A stretch of DNA of 64,000 bases from Cellvibrionaceae bacterium (GCA_050633885.1 JBOEHK010000002.1:853504-917503), one strand, 5' to 3'; numbered from the stretch's first letter, positions 19,617 to 30,371 are shown. Notes: generated by a model not told the origin, from the letters alone. Program-made: numbers and translations.

Positions 19617-19916
19617 TGAAATGAAGAGAGAAATGAAGAGTGAAATCAATAACCAAGAATTGGTTAAAAAACCTGACACCAAAAAATTGGGGTAAATTGA
19701 TGTCAGGGAAAAACAGTAAACAATAAAAGTCGAAATCCTTTAATCCATAGGTTGCTATTGTAGCGGTTCAAGACAGAGACCGGCTATCACATGAGAAACG
19801 TAAATTGATACAAAAGTGAATTTAGAGAAATAAAAATGAGACTAAGTGCGACATAGGGAAGGGTAAGTGATTTTTAAAGTGAGAATATAATATCGTCTAA
19901 TGATCAATGTATAACA

Positions 19917-19947
19917 TAAAAAAACCGAGGCAAGCTTCGGTTTTTTT
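19917..19947. terminator. bidirectional rho-independent terminator
   Basis: A8-ccgagg-caag-cttcgg-T7. Lies between convergent lif-like and oxidoreductase genes. Confidence 0.75.
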
Positions 19948-19988
19948 ATGGACTAAACTATCGGCTAAAATAAAAAGAAGAAGCCAAA

Positions 19989-21005
19989 TTATTCTTCAGC
20001 AATTTTGACAAGCTGTTTGCCGAAATTTTTACCTTTTAGTAATCCCCGGAATAACTCAGGTGCATTTTCTAAACCTTCACCAATGCATTCTTTAAATTTG
20101 ATTTTACCTTCTTTGATCCATTGACCCAATTGAGTTGACGCTTCTAACCAGCGATCATCCCACTCGGTGACGACAAAAAATCGGTGCTCTGGGACATGTT
20201 TGGCATCTTTGAAAATATGAAACGGCGTGCGAACTTGGCTCGCATCTTTTGCGTTGTAACCCGATACATATCCACAGATTGGGGCACGTGATCCAGGATT
20301 AAATAGCGTTGATACTGCTTCCGTTACAGCGCCGCCCACGTTTTCAAAATACACATCAACACCATTGGGGCAAGCGGCCGCCAATTTTTCTTCAAAATCT
20401 GCGGCTTTGTAATCGATGCAATCGTCGAAACCTAATTCATCTTTTACGTATGCGCATTTTTCTGGTCCACCGGCAACGCCTACCGCACGCAGTCCCAAAA
20501 TTTTTGCCATTTGACCAACGACTGAACCAACCGCACCAGAGGCAGCAGCAACGACTAATGTCTCGCCGGCTTTCGGTAAGCCAACTTCTGTTAATCCCCA
20601 ATATCCTGTTCGGCCAGGCATGCCAATAACGCCAAGGTGCATACTTAATGTTCCGTTATTTAAATCAACTGGGCGAAGTCTTGGGTCATCGGCGTCAGAT
20701 ATATAATGCGTTTGCCAGCCAGTATAAGCCGTAACGTAATCGCCAACTTTATATTTATCTGATTTGGAATCGACAATAACGCCAGCAGATTCAGCCGTAA
20801 TCACATCGCCAATTTTTAAAGGATCGACATAGGATTTTGTGTCATTCATTCGACCACGCATGTAAGGATCTAAAGACATCCATAATACTTTTATGGTGAC
20901 TTGATTGTCTTTTAGTTCTGGAAGCTCCTTCTCTTCAAAGCGAAAACAGCTATCGTCCGGTTCGCCTTCGGGTCTTTTTGCTAATACAACGCGTTGTGAC
21001 TTCAT
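19989..21005 (-). CDS. NADP-dependent oxidoreductase, MDR superfamily (YncB/CurA/LTB4-dehydrogenase-like)
   Basis: AASGAVGSVVGQMAK dinucleotide-binding motif. Start chosen at MKSQRVVLAKRP (ATG 21005, ggag upstream). Confidence 0.8.
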   Translation of the reverse strand: MKSQRVVLAKRPEGEPDDSCFRFEEKELPELKDNQVTIKVLWMSLDPYMRGRMNDTKSYVDPLKIGDVITAESAGVIVDSKSDKYKVGDYVTAYTGWQTHYISDADDPRLRPVDLNNGTLSMHLGVIGMPGRTGYWGLTEVGLPKAGETLVVAAASGAVGSVVGQMAKILGLRAVGVAGGPEKCAYVKDELGFDDCIDYKAADFEEKLAAACPNGVDVYFENVGGAVTEAVSTLFNPGSRAPICGYVSGYNAKDASQVRTPFHIFKDAKHVPEHRFFVVTEWDDRWLEASTQLGQWIKEGKIKFKECIGEGLENAPELFRGLLKGKNFGKQLVKIAEE

Positions 21006-21246
21006 TCTTTGGTACTCCACTAAACAGTTTGTGATCTAAAAAGTGCGAAAGATACTAGCCCAAAGTGTTCGTACTTAATAGTGTTTGATTTATTTGTTGC
21101 AAAAATAATGTGATTTTATATCGACAAGATTGCGATAAACGCCATAACGCCAACCTTGTTATTAATGTTCTTTATTATTGTAGATAGATCAGTGGGTGAC
21201 TCAAAAGTTCTTGCCTTGTCTGATGTTCTACTGCGATTGAAACCGT

Positions 21247-21786
21247 TTATTTTTCAATGTGTACTAATTCCATATTGAAAATTAGTAACTCGTTGCTACC
21301 GATCATTCTTCCAGCGCCTTTACAGCCGTAAGCTAAATGAGGCGGAATAGTCAGTATGCGTTGCTCACCCACAGACATGGTTAAAAGAGCTTCTGTCCAA
21401 CCTTTGATAACGCGAGCGACTTTAAATTGGAGAGGAATACCGCGATCTCTAGAGCTTTCTAACTTTTTTCCGGCAAGATTAAATAGCTCATAATGTGCGA
21501 CTACTTCATTTCGTGGTGATGGAATTGTTTTGCCGTCGCCGGATTTTTCGATGCGATATTGCAAGCCTGTTTTTGTGGTGATAACACCTTCTTTGGTTTT
21601 ATTCAGCGCTAAATATTCATTTGCTTTACGCAAGTTTTCTTGAGCGCCGGGCGCTCTGCATTGTTTACTTTGTTCAGCCGTTTCAGAAAAAACATGACAT
21701 GAAAGTAATAATAAAATAGCTGGCAGAAGGGCAAGAATAAATTTTTTGATTAAACGATATTGAGATAAAAAATATAAGTTCATCAA
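21247..21786 (-). CDS. FKBP-type peptidyl-prolyl cis-trans isomerase, exported
   Basis: Signal-like N-terminus. GLQYRIEKSGDG...VVAHYELFN..G..LESS...PLQFKVARVIKGWTEALLTMSVGEQRILTIPPHLAYG. Confidence 0.85.
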   Translation of the reverse strand: MMNLYFLSQYRLIKKFILALLPAILLLLSCHVFSETAEQSKQCRAPGAQENLRKANEYLALNKTKEGVITTKTGLQYRIEKSGDGKTIPSPRNEVVAHYELFNLAGKKLESSRDRGIPLQFKVARVIKGWTEALLTMSVGEQRILTIPPHLAYGCKGAGRMIGSNELLIFNMELVHIEK

Positions 21787-22007
21787 TTGCCATCTCTTTG
21801 CGAATAGTTTTTGGTAGGTAGGTGCTTAGTTTTAAATTGTCATTAGAGGCTGGCTATGATCCCTTATATAGGGTTAATTATCTATCATTTAGATTGTAAA
21901 TAACTGTTTGTGCTTATATTTTTAGATTAAAAATTCTGCTATATATATCTGCAAATCTCTATTTGTCACCTAATCCAATAATAAATTCTAATAATAAGGC
22001 AAGGCTT

Positions 22008-24374
22008 ATGGCTAGGCACTCTGTTAGTGTTGGTATTTCTATACGTTTGTTCTCCATTTTAATCTTCACAATAGCCGCAATTTTCCTGATAGGTAGCATT
22101 CAATTATTGAGTGCAGGAGGCAACCCTCTTTATTATTTTATAGCTGGAGCCTTACTGTGTTTGAGCGCCGTTTTATTATGGCTGGGCAAGCCTGAGGGTT
22201 CTTGGGTTTATGGTCTGGTTATTATTATTTCTTTACTGTGGGGCATTGTAACTGTGGGCATCAACCCTTGGGGTCTTTTACCGTGGTTTGTTGCTTATGC
22301 AGTACTCGGTCTCTGGTTGTTAATGCCATGGGTTAGGCGATCACTTTATCAAGGTAACCCACCATCATTATTTAAAAACCCTGTTACAAAAATTATTTCT
22401 TTTGTAGGGGTTATTACTGTTGGAATTGTTTTTTTTGTGGGTACACAATTTAGCGTTGATGAGTTAGTAGGCAACCGTTCTGCTAACCATAATGCAAATA
22501 CACAAACTGATTGGCCCAGCTATGGCAACAGTGCTGCAGGGACACGTTATTCTCCCGTCGACGACATTAATATCGACAATGTTGATCAACTTGAAGAAGT
22601 ATGGCGATTTAGAACAAAAGTGGGCGGGGTTGCAAAAGGAACGCCAACTCAAATGGGTGATCTTTTATATTCTTGTCATGGCGGCAATATAATTATTGCG
22701 CAAGATGCAGAATCAGGAAAAGAAGTTTGGAGACACGATCCTAACGTTGATGAATCAACCACAACACGATTACGTTACTTCACAACCACTTGCCGCGGCG
22801 TTTCTTATTACGAAGCACCAGCCGATTATAGTGGCGAATGCAAAACGCGCTTACTAACAGGTACAGCGGATGCGAGATTAATTGCTGTTGATGCACTCAC
22901 TGGAAAAAGTTGTCAAAACTTTGGTAACAATGGATCCGTTAATTTATTAAAAGATTTAGGCGAAGTGAAAGATTTATTTTATTTCGTCACATCACCTCCT
23001 GCGATTGTCAAAGGAAACGCAGTGCTCGGTGGATGGGTGATGGACAATAGAGAAATAAAAGAACCATCAGGGGTTGTACGAGCGTTCGATGCAATTACGG
23101 GCGAGTTTTCTTGGGCATGGGACATGGGGCGGCCTGGTGTTAACACCGAACCAAAAGAAGATGAAATATATACGCGCGGCTCTCCCAACGTGTGGAGTTT
23201 ATTTAGTGTCGATGAAGAGCGTGGCATGGTTTTCGCACCAACAGGGAATGAAACGCCTGATTACTTTGGCGCATTACGAAACCCTTCTTCAGAAAAATTT
23301 TCTAGCTCAGTCGTTGCACTGGATGGCGAAACCGGACATTTAATTTGGTCATTCCAAACGGTTCATCATGACATTTGGGATTACGATGTGCCTTCACAGC
23401 CGACATTAATAGATGTTCCCGATGAGAATGGACAATTAATTCCTGCCGTTCTTCAAGCAACAAAGCGCGGGGAAATTTTCATGTTAAATAGATTAACCGG
23501 CGAGCCGATTGCCGAAGTGGTAGAGAAAGCAGTATCACAAGATTCCGTTCCAGAAGAATGGACATCGCCTACGCAACCTTTTTCAGTGGGCTTACCCAAT
23601 TTCCGTGAACCAGAATTAACCGAAAATGATATGTGGGGTATTACGCCGCTTGATCAATTGTGGTGTCGAATTGAATTTAAAAAAATGCGCTACGAAGGAC
23701 ATTTTACTCCACCAACAACCGAATTTACTTTGCAATATCCGGGTAACGCTGGCGGTTTTAATTGGGGAAGTATTTCAGTCGATGAAGAAAAACATTTATT
23801 AATTGCAAACCCGATGATCATGGCGAATCGAACGCGATTGATTCCTAGAGCAGAAATGGATGCGGGCGCAAGAGGCTCGCAGCAAGCGGGAACGCCTTAC
23901 GGTTTTACAACGCAAGCTTTTTTATCGCCAATTGGCGTACCTTGCCAAAAACCACCTTACAGCGTATTGGCCGTTATAGATTTACAAACGAAAAAATTAT
24001 TATGGAAGCGTCCACTCGGAACAACAAATAAAATGGGACCTTTTGGCATCCCCGTTAAAATCCCTTTAACAATGGGTATTCCTTTAAGCGGCGGTACAGT
24101 TACTACGAGGGGCGGATTAATTTTTGTGGCAGGAACGATGGATGGGTTTATCAGGGCGTTCGACGTGAGAAATGGTGAAGAAGTTTGGCGCCGCACATTG
24201 CCACAAACCGCTCAGTCCACACCGATGAGTTATCTCTCGCCGAAAACTAAACAGCAAATGATTGTTGTCGTTGTTCCTGCGTTTGGTCGAGACTATGGTG
24301 GCGCTAGAGCGGAAACACCAGAAGATGAAGATCCAGAAGGTGGTTATATTATTGCTTACCGTTTAAAAAAATGA
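22008..24374 (+). CDS. gcd: membrane-bound PQQ-dependent dehydrogenase, glucose/quinate/shikimate family
   Basis: Five N-terminal TM helices followed by a PQQ propeller (VHHDIWDYDVPSQPTL). About 790 aa from ATG 22008; the track starts at TTG 21963. Confidence 0.85.
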   Translation: MARHSVSVGISIRLFSILIFTIAAIFLIGSIQLLSAGGNPLYYFIAGALLCLSAVLLWLGKPEGSWVYGLVIIISLLWGIVTVGINPWGLLPWFVAYAVLGLWLLMPWVRRSLYQGNPPSLFKNPVTKIISFVGVITVGIVFFVGTQFSVDELVGNRSANHNANTQTDWPSYGNSAAGTRYSPVDDINIDNVDQLEEVWRFRTKVGGVAKGTPTQMGDLLYSCHGGNIIIAQDAESGKEVWRHDPNVDESTTTRLRYFTTTCRGVSYYEAPADYSGECKTRLLTGTADARLIAVDALTGKSCQNFGNNGSVNLLKDLGEVKDLFYFVTSPPAIVKGNAVLGGWVMDNREIKEPSGVVRAFDAITGEFSWAWDMGRPGVNTEPKEDEIYTRGSPNVWSLFSVDEERGMVFAPTGNETPDYFGALRNPSSEKFSSSVVALDGETGHLIWSFQTVHHDIWDYDVPSQPTLIDVPDENGQLIPAVLQATKRGEIFMLNRLTGEPIAEVVEKAVSQDSVPEEWTSPTQPFSVGLPNFREPELTENDMWGITPLDQLWCRIEFKKMRYEGHFTPPTTEFTLQYPGNAGGFNWGSISVDEEKHLLIANPMIMANRTRLIPRAEMDAGARGSQQAGTPYGFTTQAFLSPIGVPCQKPPYSVLAVIDLQTKKLLWKRPLGTTNKMGPFGIPVKIPLTMGIPLSGGTVTTRGGLIFVAGTMDGFIRAFDVRNGEEVWRRTLPQTAQSTPMSYLSPKTKQQMIVVVVPAFGRDYGGARAETPEDEDPEGGYIIAYRLKK

Positions 24375-24569
24375 ATATTGTGACGTTCATCTATAAATAA
24401 TGCTATTCGGGCTGCTACCTTGGCCAATATCATTTATGCGATATATTTTATATTGATTTATTATAACTATTTTCTACTAGGAATCCCTACATAAGTGACT
24501 AAACTCTATTTATACGCTTCAGCATTTGAGCGCTAACGTATTGCTTCAAAGATTAAAACAGAATACTTT

Positions 24570-24617
24570 AAATAGAACATATACATTTAAATAAAACATA
24601 TACAATAGAATACATAC
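24570..24617. repeat. imperfect tandem ~18-mer (aaatagaacatatacattt / aaataaaacatatacaat / agaatacatac)
   Basis: Read directly, immediately upstream of the esterase start codon. Confidence 0.7.
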
Positions 24618-24626
24618 GAGAAACAC

Positions 24627-26321
24627 ATGTTGAAAATATATTCTGGGAGTTGCTCTCACCTAATATTCAAAGTTTTTTCTTTAATAACTGTAATTAGTTT
24701 AATGAGCGTACTGTTCGTTACTAACTCATTTGCCTTTTCCAAAAAACATTATAAAGCCGACACAGTTGAAACAGAATTTGGCCCCGTGCAAGGTGTTCCA
24801 ACTTTTTATGGAACAAAATACTTGGGGCTTCCTTATGCGGCTTCTCCGGAAGGTGATTTAAGATGGCGTGCGCCAGTCGATCCAGAAATTTGGACTACTC
24901 CGCTAGTCGCAGATACATTTGGTCCGAACTGTCCACAAACGGCTTCACCATTTGGTTTGCCGAGTGTTACAGAAGATTGTTTGTCATTAAATATTTATCA
25001 ACCACGAGATTTTTATTTAAGAAAACATTCTCGCGGTTCTTTTTCTTTGTTTCGAGATGCTCGATATTCACAAAAATTTTCTAAACGATTAAAACCTGTG
25101 ATGGTTTGGATTCATGGCGGCGCTTTTCAATACGGCGAAGGGCAAGATTGGGACCCCGCAAAATTAGTTAAGCAGGGTGTTGTCGTTGTAACATTAAATT
25201 ATCGATTGGGCGCACTGGGTTTTTTAGCTCATCCTGAATTATCAGAGAGCTCTCCAAATGGTGTGTCGGGTAATTACGGTATTCTCGACCAGCAAAAAGC
25301 ATTGCGTTGGGTAAAAAATAATATTGTACGTTTTGGCGGTGATCCAGATAACGTCACAATATTTGGCGAATCAGCTGGAGGTTTAAGCGTACATACGCAT
25401 TTAGTTTCCCCAGAATCAGAAAGTTTATTTCATCGTGCGATTATTCAAAGTGGCGCTTACGCATTAGCGCCGCCGGAGTTGTCAACGTGGGAATTTTTAG
25501 GCACTGGCATTGCAGCGAACATGGGTTGCTCAGAACAAGTCACTGATGATGTTGCTGATTGTTTAAGACATTTATCGGTTGAAGACATTTTAAATGGACA
25601 AGATCCAGGAGCAGTGGGTTATTTACCCAATGTAGATGGACTTACATTGCCCATGACAATAATTGGAGCATTGCAAACCGGACAGTTTCATCGTGTACCT
25701 GTTATTCAAGGGAGTAATAATGATGAATACACGTTGTTTACTTCGTTGTTATTTGAGTTAGCCGGTACACCCATCACAGAGGCATTTTATCCAACCGCAA
25801 TCAATATTGGTTTAGGAATTCCCCAAGAAGCGATTCCATTGGTAACAGCACAATATCCATTAGAAAACTATGACACACCCGCACAAGCATTATCTGCTAT
25901 CGGTACGGATGTATTATTTGCTTGCCCTGCACAAACCTCAGCGCAATTATTATCACAATATGTTCCCACTTATAGTTATGAATTTAACGATAAAAACGCG
26001 CCACAAATTTATTTGCCCTCGGTCAGTTTTCCCTACGGCGCTTATCATGTAGCGGAAGTTCAATATTTAATGGAGCCTAAAAATCCATTCCCTATGGAAC
26101 CGTTAAATAGAAAGCAGCGACGGCTATCGAGGCAGATGGTTAATTACTGGACGAGCTTTGCTCGCTTTGGTTTACCGTTGCATCATGCAGCGCCTTTCTG
26201 GAACTCGTACGATGTGAATTCACAAACCGTACAATCCTTGCAACCACCGCGTATAAATTCCACCAGCGATTTTAATCTTCGCCACAAATGTGATTTTTGG
26301 GCTGGCTTAATGACTCAATAA
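24627..26321 (+). CDS. carboxylesterase/lipase type B family, secreted
   Basis: Signal peptide, WIHGGAF oxyanion region, FGESAGG nucleophile elbow. Confidence 0.9.
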   Translation: MLKIYSGSCSHLIFKVFSLITVISLMSVLFVTNSFAFSKKHYKADTVETEFGPVQGVPTFYGTKYLGLPYAASPEGDLRWRAPVDPEIWTTPLVADTFGPNCPQTASPFGLPSVTEDCLSLNIYQPRDFYLRKHSRGSFSLFRDARYSQKFSKRLKPVMVWIHGGAFQYGEGQDWDPAKLVKQGVVVVTLNYRLGALGFLAHPELSESSPNGVSGNYGILDQQKALRWVKNNIVRFGGDPDNVTIFGESAGGLSVHTHLVSPESESLFHRAIIQSGAYALAPPELSTWEFLGTGIAANMGCSEQVTDDVADCLRHLSVEDILNGQDPGAVGYLPNVDGLTLPMTIIGALQTGQFHRVPVIQGSNNDEYTLFTSLLFELAGTPITEAFYPTAINIGLGIPQEAIPLVTAQYPLENYDTPAQALSAIGTDVLFACPAQTSAQLLSQYVPTYSYEFNDKNAPQIYLPSVSFPYGAYHVAEVQYLMEPKNPFPMEPLNRKQRRLSRQMVNYWTSFARFGLPLHHAAPFWNSYDVNSQTVQSLQPPRINSTSDFNLRHKCDFWAGLMTQ

Positions 26322-26385
26322 CATTGGCCAATACCACTGACTTCAACAAATTGCCAAACTTTTTTAGGTGCATCCATTCGCTGTA
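26273..26385 (+). repeat. 113-bp direct repeat, left copy (last 49 nt of esterase gene plus 64 nt downstream)
   Basis: Matches 30566..30678 with 3 mismatches by my count. Weaker similarity continues for about 25 nt. Confidence 0.95.
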
Positions 26386-26633
26386 ACACAATGCATTCTA
26401 GGGGAAATGTGTTTACAAATTTTATAGCAGGCAATGTTTTAATGCTGGTGATATTAAAACTATTATTATTTGCGAAAATTATTTGCCCGTATTTGTTAAT
26501 CAAGACTCGATTCTCCGTCTTCGACTAATTCTTGATAGCAATAAATGTAGCTTGTGACACTCCATTACTTTGCAGACTTTCGACACATAATCCAGCGCCT
26601 TATTAACGCTTTATCAAACTAATCATAACCACT

Positions 26634-27107
26634 TCAATCATCACCATCACTTGATGACGAACTATCGTCAGACTCATCGCTGTATTTTCTATCAATGAAG
26701 GTTGAGTCTGAATAATTTCCTGTATCGTCATGAGTAACAAGTGCTTGATCCGCGGCTAATTCATACATCTGAGCTCTGTCTTCCTCGATTGATTCAAATA
26801 AGTCAAGGGTTGTAAAAGATTGATATTCTTCCCTAAAGCAAATATTAGAGACTTCATTGCGAAGAGATACGTAATTGAATGTTGTGTTTTTTTTCTTGCA
26901 GTATTCTTTAAACGATATTTTGTTGGTATAAATCGCCATAGCGTATTCTTTGTATTTGTCACTTAATTGATAGGTTTCGAAAAGGTTATTCATTTCGTCA
27001 AGTGTGTAAGCATCACGAATACCAAACTCTTTATCGAGGTAAAAGGGCAGTGTTCTTGCGTAGAATTTTATTGCGTTTTTTCTTCTATACCTTTCGAGCC
27101 ATTTCAT
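26634..27107 (-). CDS. hypothetical protein with strongly acidic Ser/Asp C-terminal tail
   Basis: 157-aa ORF, MKWLERYRRKNAIKFYARTLPFYLDKEF... ending DESDDSSSSSDGDD. No catalytic motif recognised. Confidence 0.5.
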   Translation of the reverse strand: MKWLERYRRKNAIKFYARTLPFYLDKEFGIRDAYTLDEMNNLFETYQLSDKYKEYAMAIYTNKISFKEYCKKKNTTFNYVSLRNEVSNICFREEYQSFTTLDLFESIEEDRAQMYELAADQALVTHDDTGNYSDSTFIDRKYSDESDDSSSSSDGDD

Positions 27108-27457
27108 AATAGCGTCCTCTTGGGTCGATTTTTGATTTGCTTTTATCCAAGCTCATTATTGATTTATAAGTAACCTATTCATAGTCTGAAATACGCGTAC
27201 GTTACTGAATTGCAGACTTTTCGTTACTAACTCAAACCTATCTTTATGGATTGAAAAACAGACTGCAATGATTTTGAGAAAATATTTAAGTTATTGATTT
27301 GTATGTAATAAATATTACGATCAATCACTTGTTCGTAGCGAGGTGGCGCGAAATTCATCGTATTTCTTTTTGGGGAATGTCGTTAAAATCAAGTAAGCTA
27401 GCTTACGTTTAAAGAGCTGTTGATGGCTGAAAACGATTGGATCAAAGAGGAGTTTTT

Positions 27458-29122
27458 ATGCTGCCCGATTTAATGAATGGAAATGATGTTTTTAAAAGCG
27501 GTATACGAGCAGTCAATCACAACGAGGACCTGTCCCCTTTAAAAACATGGCTGCAACAACGAATTTCGACGACAGGCAGAGAAACGCTTCCTGCGTGGGC
27601 TGAAGTGTTGACGGCTATATTAACCTTGATAGAAGTACGCCTAGAAGAAAAAGAAAACCCAACGCTCTTTTTTGAAACGCACATCATTGCTCGACAAGTT
27701 CGGCGTCAGCGAAATGACGAAAAAATTCAAACGCGATTTGTAACCGATGAAATGGGACGTTTGAATAAACACCTTAGCGATTACATTGAATCGTCTTCCA
27801 CATTGACAGAAGGTAGTAATACATCGGTTGTCGTAATTGGTTGGTGTCTCGATAACGATAAACGAGGAATCGGGGTGGGAGTGACCGACTCTCGAACAGC
27901 GGCAATGCTTTTTTCTGGTGATCTAGATAGACCTATTCTCGGGCTACATATTAGTCGTTTGAAAAAGTTTACAAATTCTTTAACGCAAGGAATGGCCAAT
28001 TCAACATTATCCTTATTACTAATCACTGTTATCTTAATGCTTGGCACATATATTTTTCAAACTCATTGGAAAAAATCAAGCGGAGTGATTGAAAATATTC
28101 TACAAGAAAAATATTTGCGATGCGGTGTAGATGGGTCGCTGCGCCACTTCTCGATGTTTAATGATGCCGAGCAAACATGGTGGGGCATTGATGTTGAAAT
28201 GTGTAAGGCAATTGCGACGGGAATAGGTGTTAAGCCCTATTTCTATAAAGTAGATAATTCCCGATTTGATCTTCGGCTAGAAACAATAGAAAAGAGAGAC
28301 CTGCATATCTTATTTAGAAACACATCGCATACGGTGACTAGAGATTTAAAAGAAGGATTTTATTTTGGACCTTATTACTTTTACGAGCGGGAATATTTTT
28401 TGGATTTAGTTGGTCCGAAGAGTAATAAGCCGGTTACGGATAAAGAGCTTTTTGGAAAACGTGTTTGTGTGAAGCCGGGCAGTTCAAATGAAGCAACATT
28501 AAAAAGTATTGCTGACGGTATTGAGTTGAAGTTGATTGTGAAGGGGGTTGATGGTCGGGAATTTAATAATAATTTTCAGCTGTTGAAGCTGCTGAGAGAA
28601 TCAGCAGAACCTATCTGCGATTATGTATTTGGCAATTATTATGTACTTAAGCAGTTAAACAGTGATCAGCAAGTTCGTAATAATTTTTCTTTTCCTATGC
28701 GTTCCTATACGAATTCACGACTTGATCCACTGGCAGCGGTATTACCTAGAGATGAAGCTTGGCGTGAGGTTGTTAGCTATATTATTTATGTGCTGATACA
28801 AGCAGATGAGATGAATATTAATTCATATAATGTTGATCATATTAAAGTGAATGGCAGTAAACGGCAAAAAGATTTTTTGAAAGGTATTGGAATGCAATCT
28901 TTAAATTTGCCTGAAAATTGGGTTTACAATTTGCTATCAACATCTGGCAGCTACGATGAAATTTATTATCGATCTTTTGCGTGCGATTATGCTGATTGTC
29001 CTAAGCCTGCCCAGAGTGATTGGGATCAAAAGCTTCGACAATTAAACAACCAGCGCTGGCCGAACTACGCCTTTGATGAAAGCGATGATAAACCTGGCTT
29101 GTTATTTACGCCGACTTTTTAG
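27458..29122 (+). CDS. membrane-anchored protein: unknown ~190-aa cytoplasmic domain, one TM helix, AapJ/BztA-like type-3 periplasmic solute-binding domain
   Basis: ATG 27458 behind aagaggag. TM LSLLLITVILMLGTYIF. The C-terminal 350 aa are collinear with my recollection of general L-amino-acid SBPs (LRCGVDG..W.GIDVEMCKAIA...RNTSHTVTRD...DPLAAVLPRDEAWREVVSYIIYVLIQADEMNINSYNVD...WVYNLLSTSGSYDEIY...GLLFTPTF). Confidence 0.65.
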   Translation: MLPDLMNGNDVFKSGIRAVNHNEDLSPLKTWLQQRISTTGRETLPAWAEVLTAILTLIEVRLEEKENPTLFFETHIIARQVRRQRNDEKIQTRFVTDEMGRLNKHLSDYIESSSTLTEGSNTSVVVIGWCLDNDKRGIGVGVTDSRTAAMLFSGDLDRPILGLHISRLKKFTNSLTQGMANSTLSLLLITVILMLGTYIFQTHWKKSSGVIENILQEKYLRCGVDGSLRHFSMFNDAEQTWWGIDVEMCKAIATGIGVKPYFYKVDNSRFDLRLETIEKRDLHILFRNTSHTVTRDLKEGFYFGPYYFYEREYFLDLVGPKSNKPVTDKELFGKRVCVKPGSSNEATLKSIADGIELKLIVKGVDGREFNNNFQLLKLLRESAEPICDYVFGNYYVLKQLNSDQQVRNNFSFPMRSYTNSRLDPLAAVLPRDEAWREVVSYIIYVLIQADEMNINSYNVDHIKVNGSKRQKDFLKGIGMQSLNLPENWVYNLLSTSGSYDEIYYRSFACDYADCPKPAQSDWDQKLRQLNNQRWPNYAFDESDDKPGLLFTPTF

Positions 29123-29505
29123 TATGTGTCGACAAATGACGATCACAGAAAGTAGAAATGCAAAAAACGCCGAATAGAAAATCGTTCGAATTTTATACCT
29201 TGATCGTAAATATCTCGTCATCATGTTGTTACGAAAAATAATATATTGATCTGCAAATCAATAAGTTATGGTGAGATGTAGAATGTTTATTGTATTTTTA
29301 TTTGGTCATTAATGATGAGGTGATTTGTTACTAATTGATGTTTTCGTTGTAACGATGTGCTGTTTTAGCCTTTCGTTCTCACTGTTGAGTGGTTAATACT
29401 ATTTTTGCTCGATGAAATAAATAGTGTTTGTTGAGGTGCTGTGGCTCTAGTTTTGTTGGTGGCCATTTGCAAGTCAGTATGAGGTTTAACAACTAGGAGG
29501 TTTGC

Positions 29506-29655
29506 ATGAATAAGCTAAAGAAATACTTATTGTTACCAGTATGCTTTTTTTCAGCAACTTTATATTCTAATGAGATGGTGAATAGCAACGAGCATGCTAA
29601 CAATCTAAAAAAAATAATGTATACACTTGATGAGTTAGAAAAAAACATAGTTTGA
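29506..29655 (+). other. short ORF encoding a signal peptide, probably the displaced 5' end of the TPM-domain gene (other frame)
   Basis: aggagg RBS 5 nt upstream. MNKLKKYLLLPVCFFSATLYSNE... ends at TGA 29653-29655. It overlaps the open TPM frame across an A7 run (29639-29645). Confidence 0.5.
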
Positions 29656-30371
29656 CTGCATTTCAACTAAATTTCTTGCGTGAGTCAGAAGTATTTAAAG
29701 ATAGTGAAAAAATAGGCCTGTCAGATTATTATCTGACCATGATGGAGGGTCAAATGTATGGCGCTTATGCCAAGTTAGGTTTTCCAATATATTCGGATAA
29801 AAATAAATTTGTTCAGGACAATTCAACGGTATTATCAATCGAAGAAAAAAATACAGCTGAAAAAATAATAAGTAAATTATTGTCTGAAAAAAATATACCT
29901 ATCGTTGTAGTGACGCTGAATTCACTAGGGGAATATACCGCGAACAATGTGTCTTTATCGCAATATTCTATAGAACTTTTCAATCATTGGGGTATTGGTT
30001 CTGTTAACTATAACTATGGAATATTGTTACTGCTGACGACAGATGATGGAGCGGTGAATATCACGCTCGGTAAAGCATGGCCTGATAACTATGATGTGAT
30101 TTCACAAAATATCGTAGATAGTGTAATTGCGCCTAAAATTAATCGTAATGAAATGGCTTCTGGAATAATGGATGGACTTGCTCAACTTGAAAATATGGCG
30201 AGAGAAATACCTGTCTACCCGATGAATGTCGAATATGGCCCTAAAGGCAATATAGGTGACGCAATTACCGCTTACGTGGCTTTTATTTTTATTTTACTGG
30301 CAATTGGCTTATGCGCAAAGAAAGATGAAAAAGATAAGGAAAAACAAAAGCCTCCTGCAAGCGAAAAGTAA
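29652..30371 (+). CDS. TPM (TLP18.3/Psb32/MOLO-1) domain protein with C-terminal TM helix; lacks its own signal peptide in this frame
   Basis: FVQDNSTVLSIEEKNTAEKIISKLLSEKNIPIVVVTL...GILLLLTTDDGAVNITLG pattern typical of TPM domains. TM AYVAFIFILLAIGL. The frame is open from 29634. Confidence 0.6.
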   Translation: MTAFQLNFLRESEVFKDSEKIGLSDYYLTMMEGQMYGAYAKLGFPIYSDKNKFVQDNSTVLSIEEKNTAEKIISKLLSEKNIPIVVVTLNSLGEYTANNVSLSQYSIELFNHWGIGSVNYNYGILLLLTTDDGAVNITLGKAWPDNYDVISQNIVDSVIAPKINRNEMASGIMDGLAQLENMAREIPVYPMNVEYGPKGNIGDAITAYVAFIFILLAIGLCAKKDEKDKEKQKPPASEK

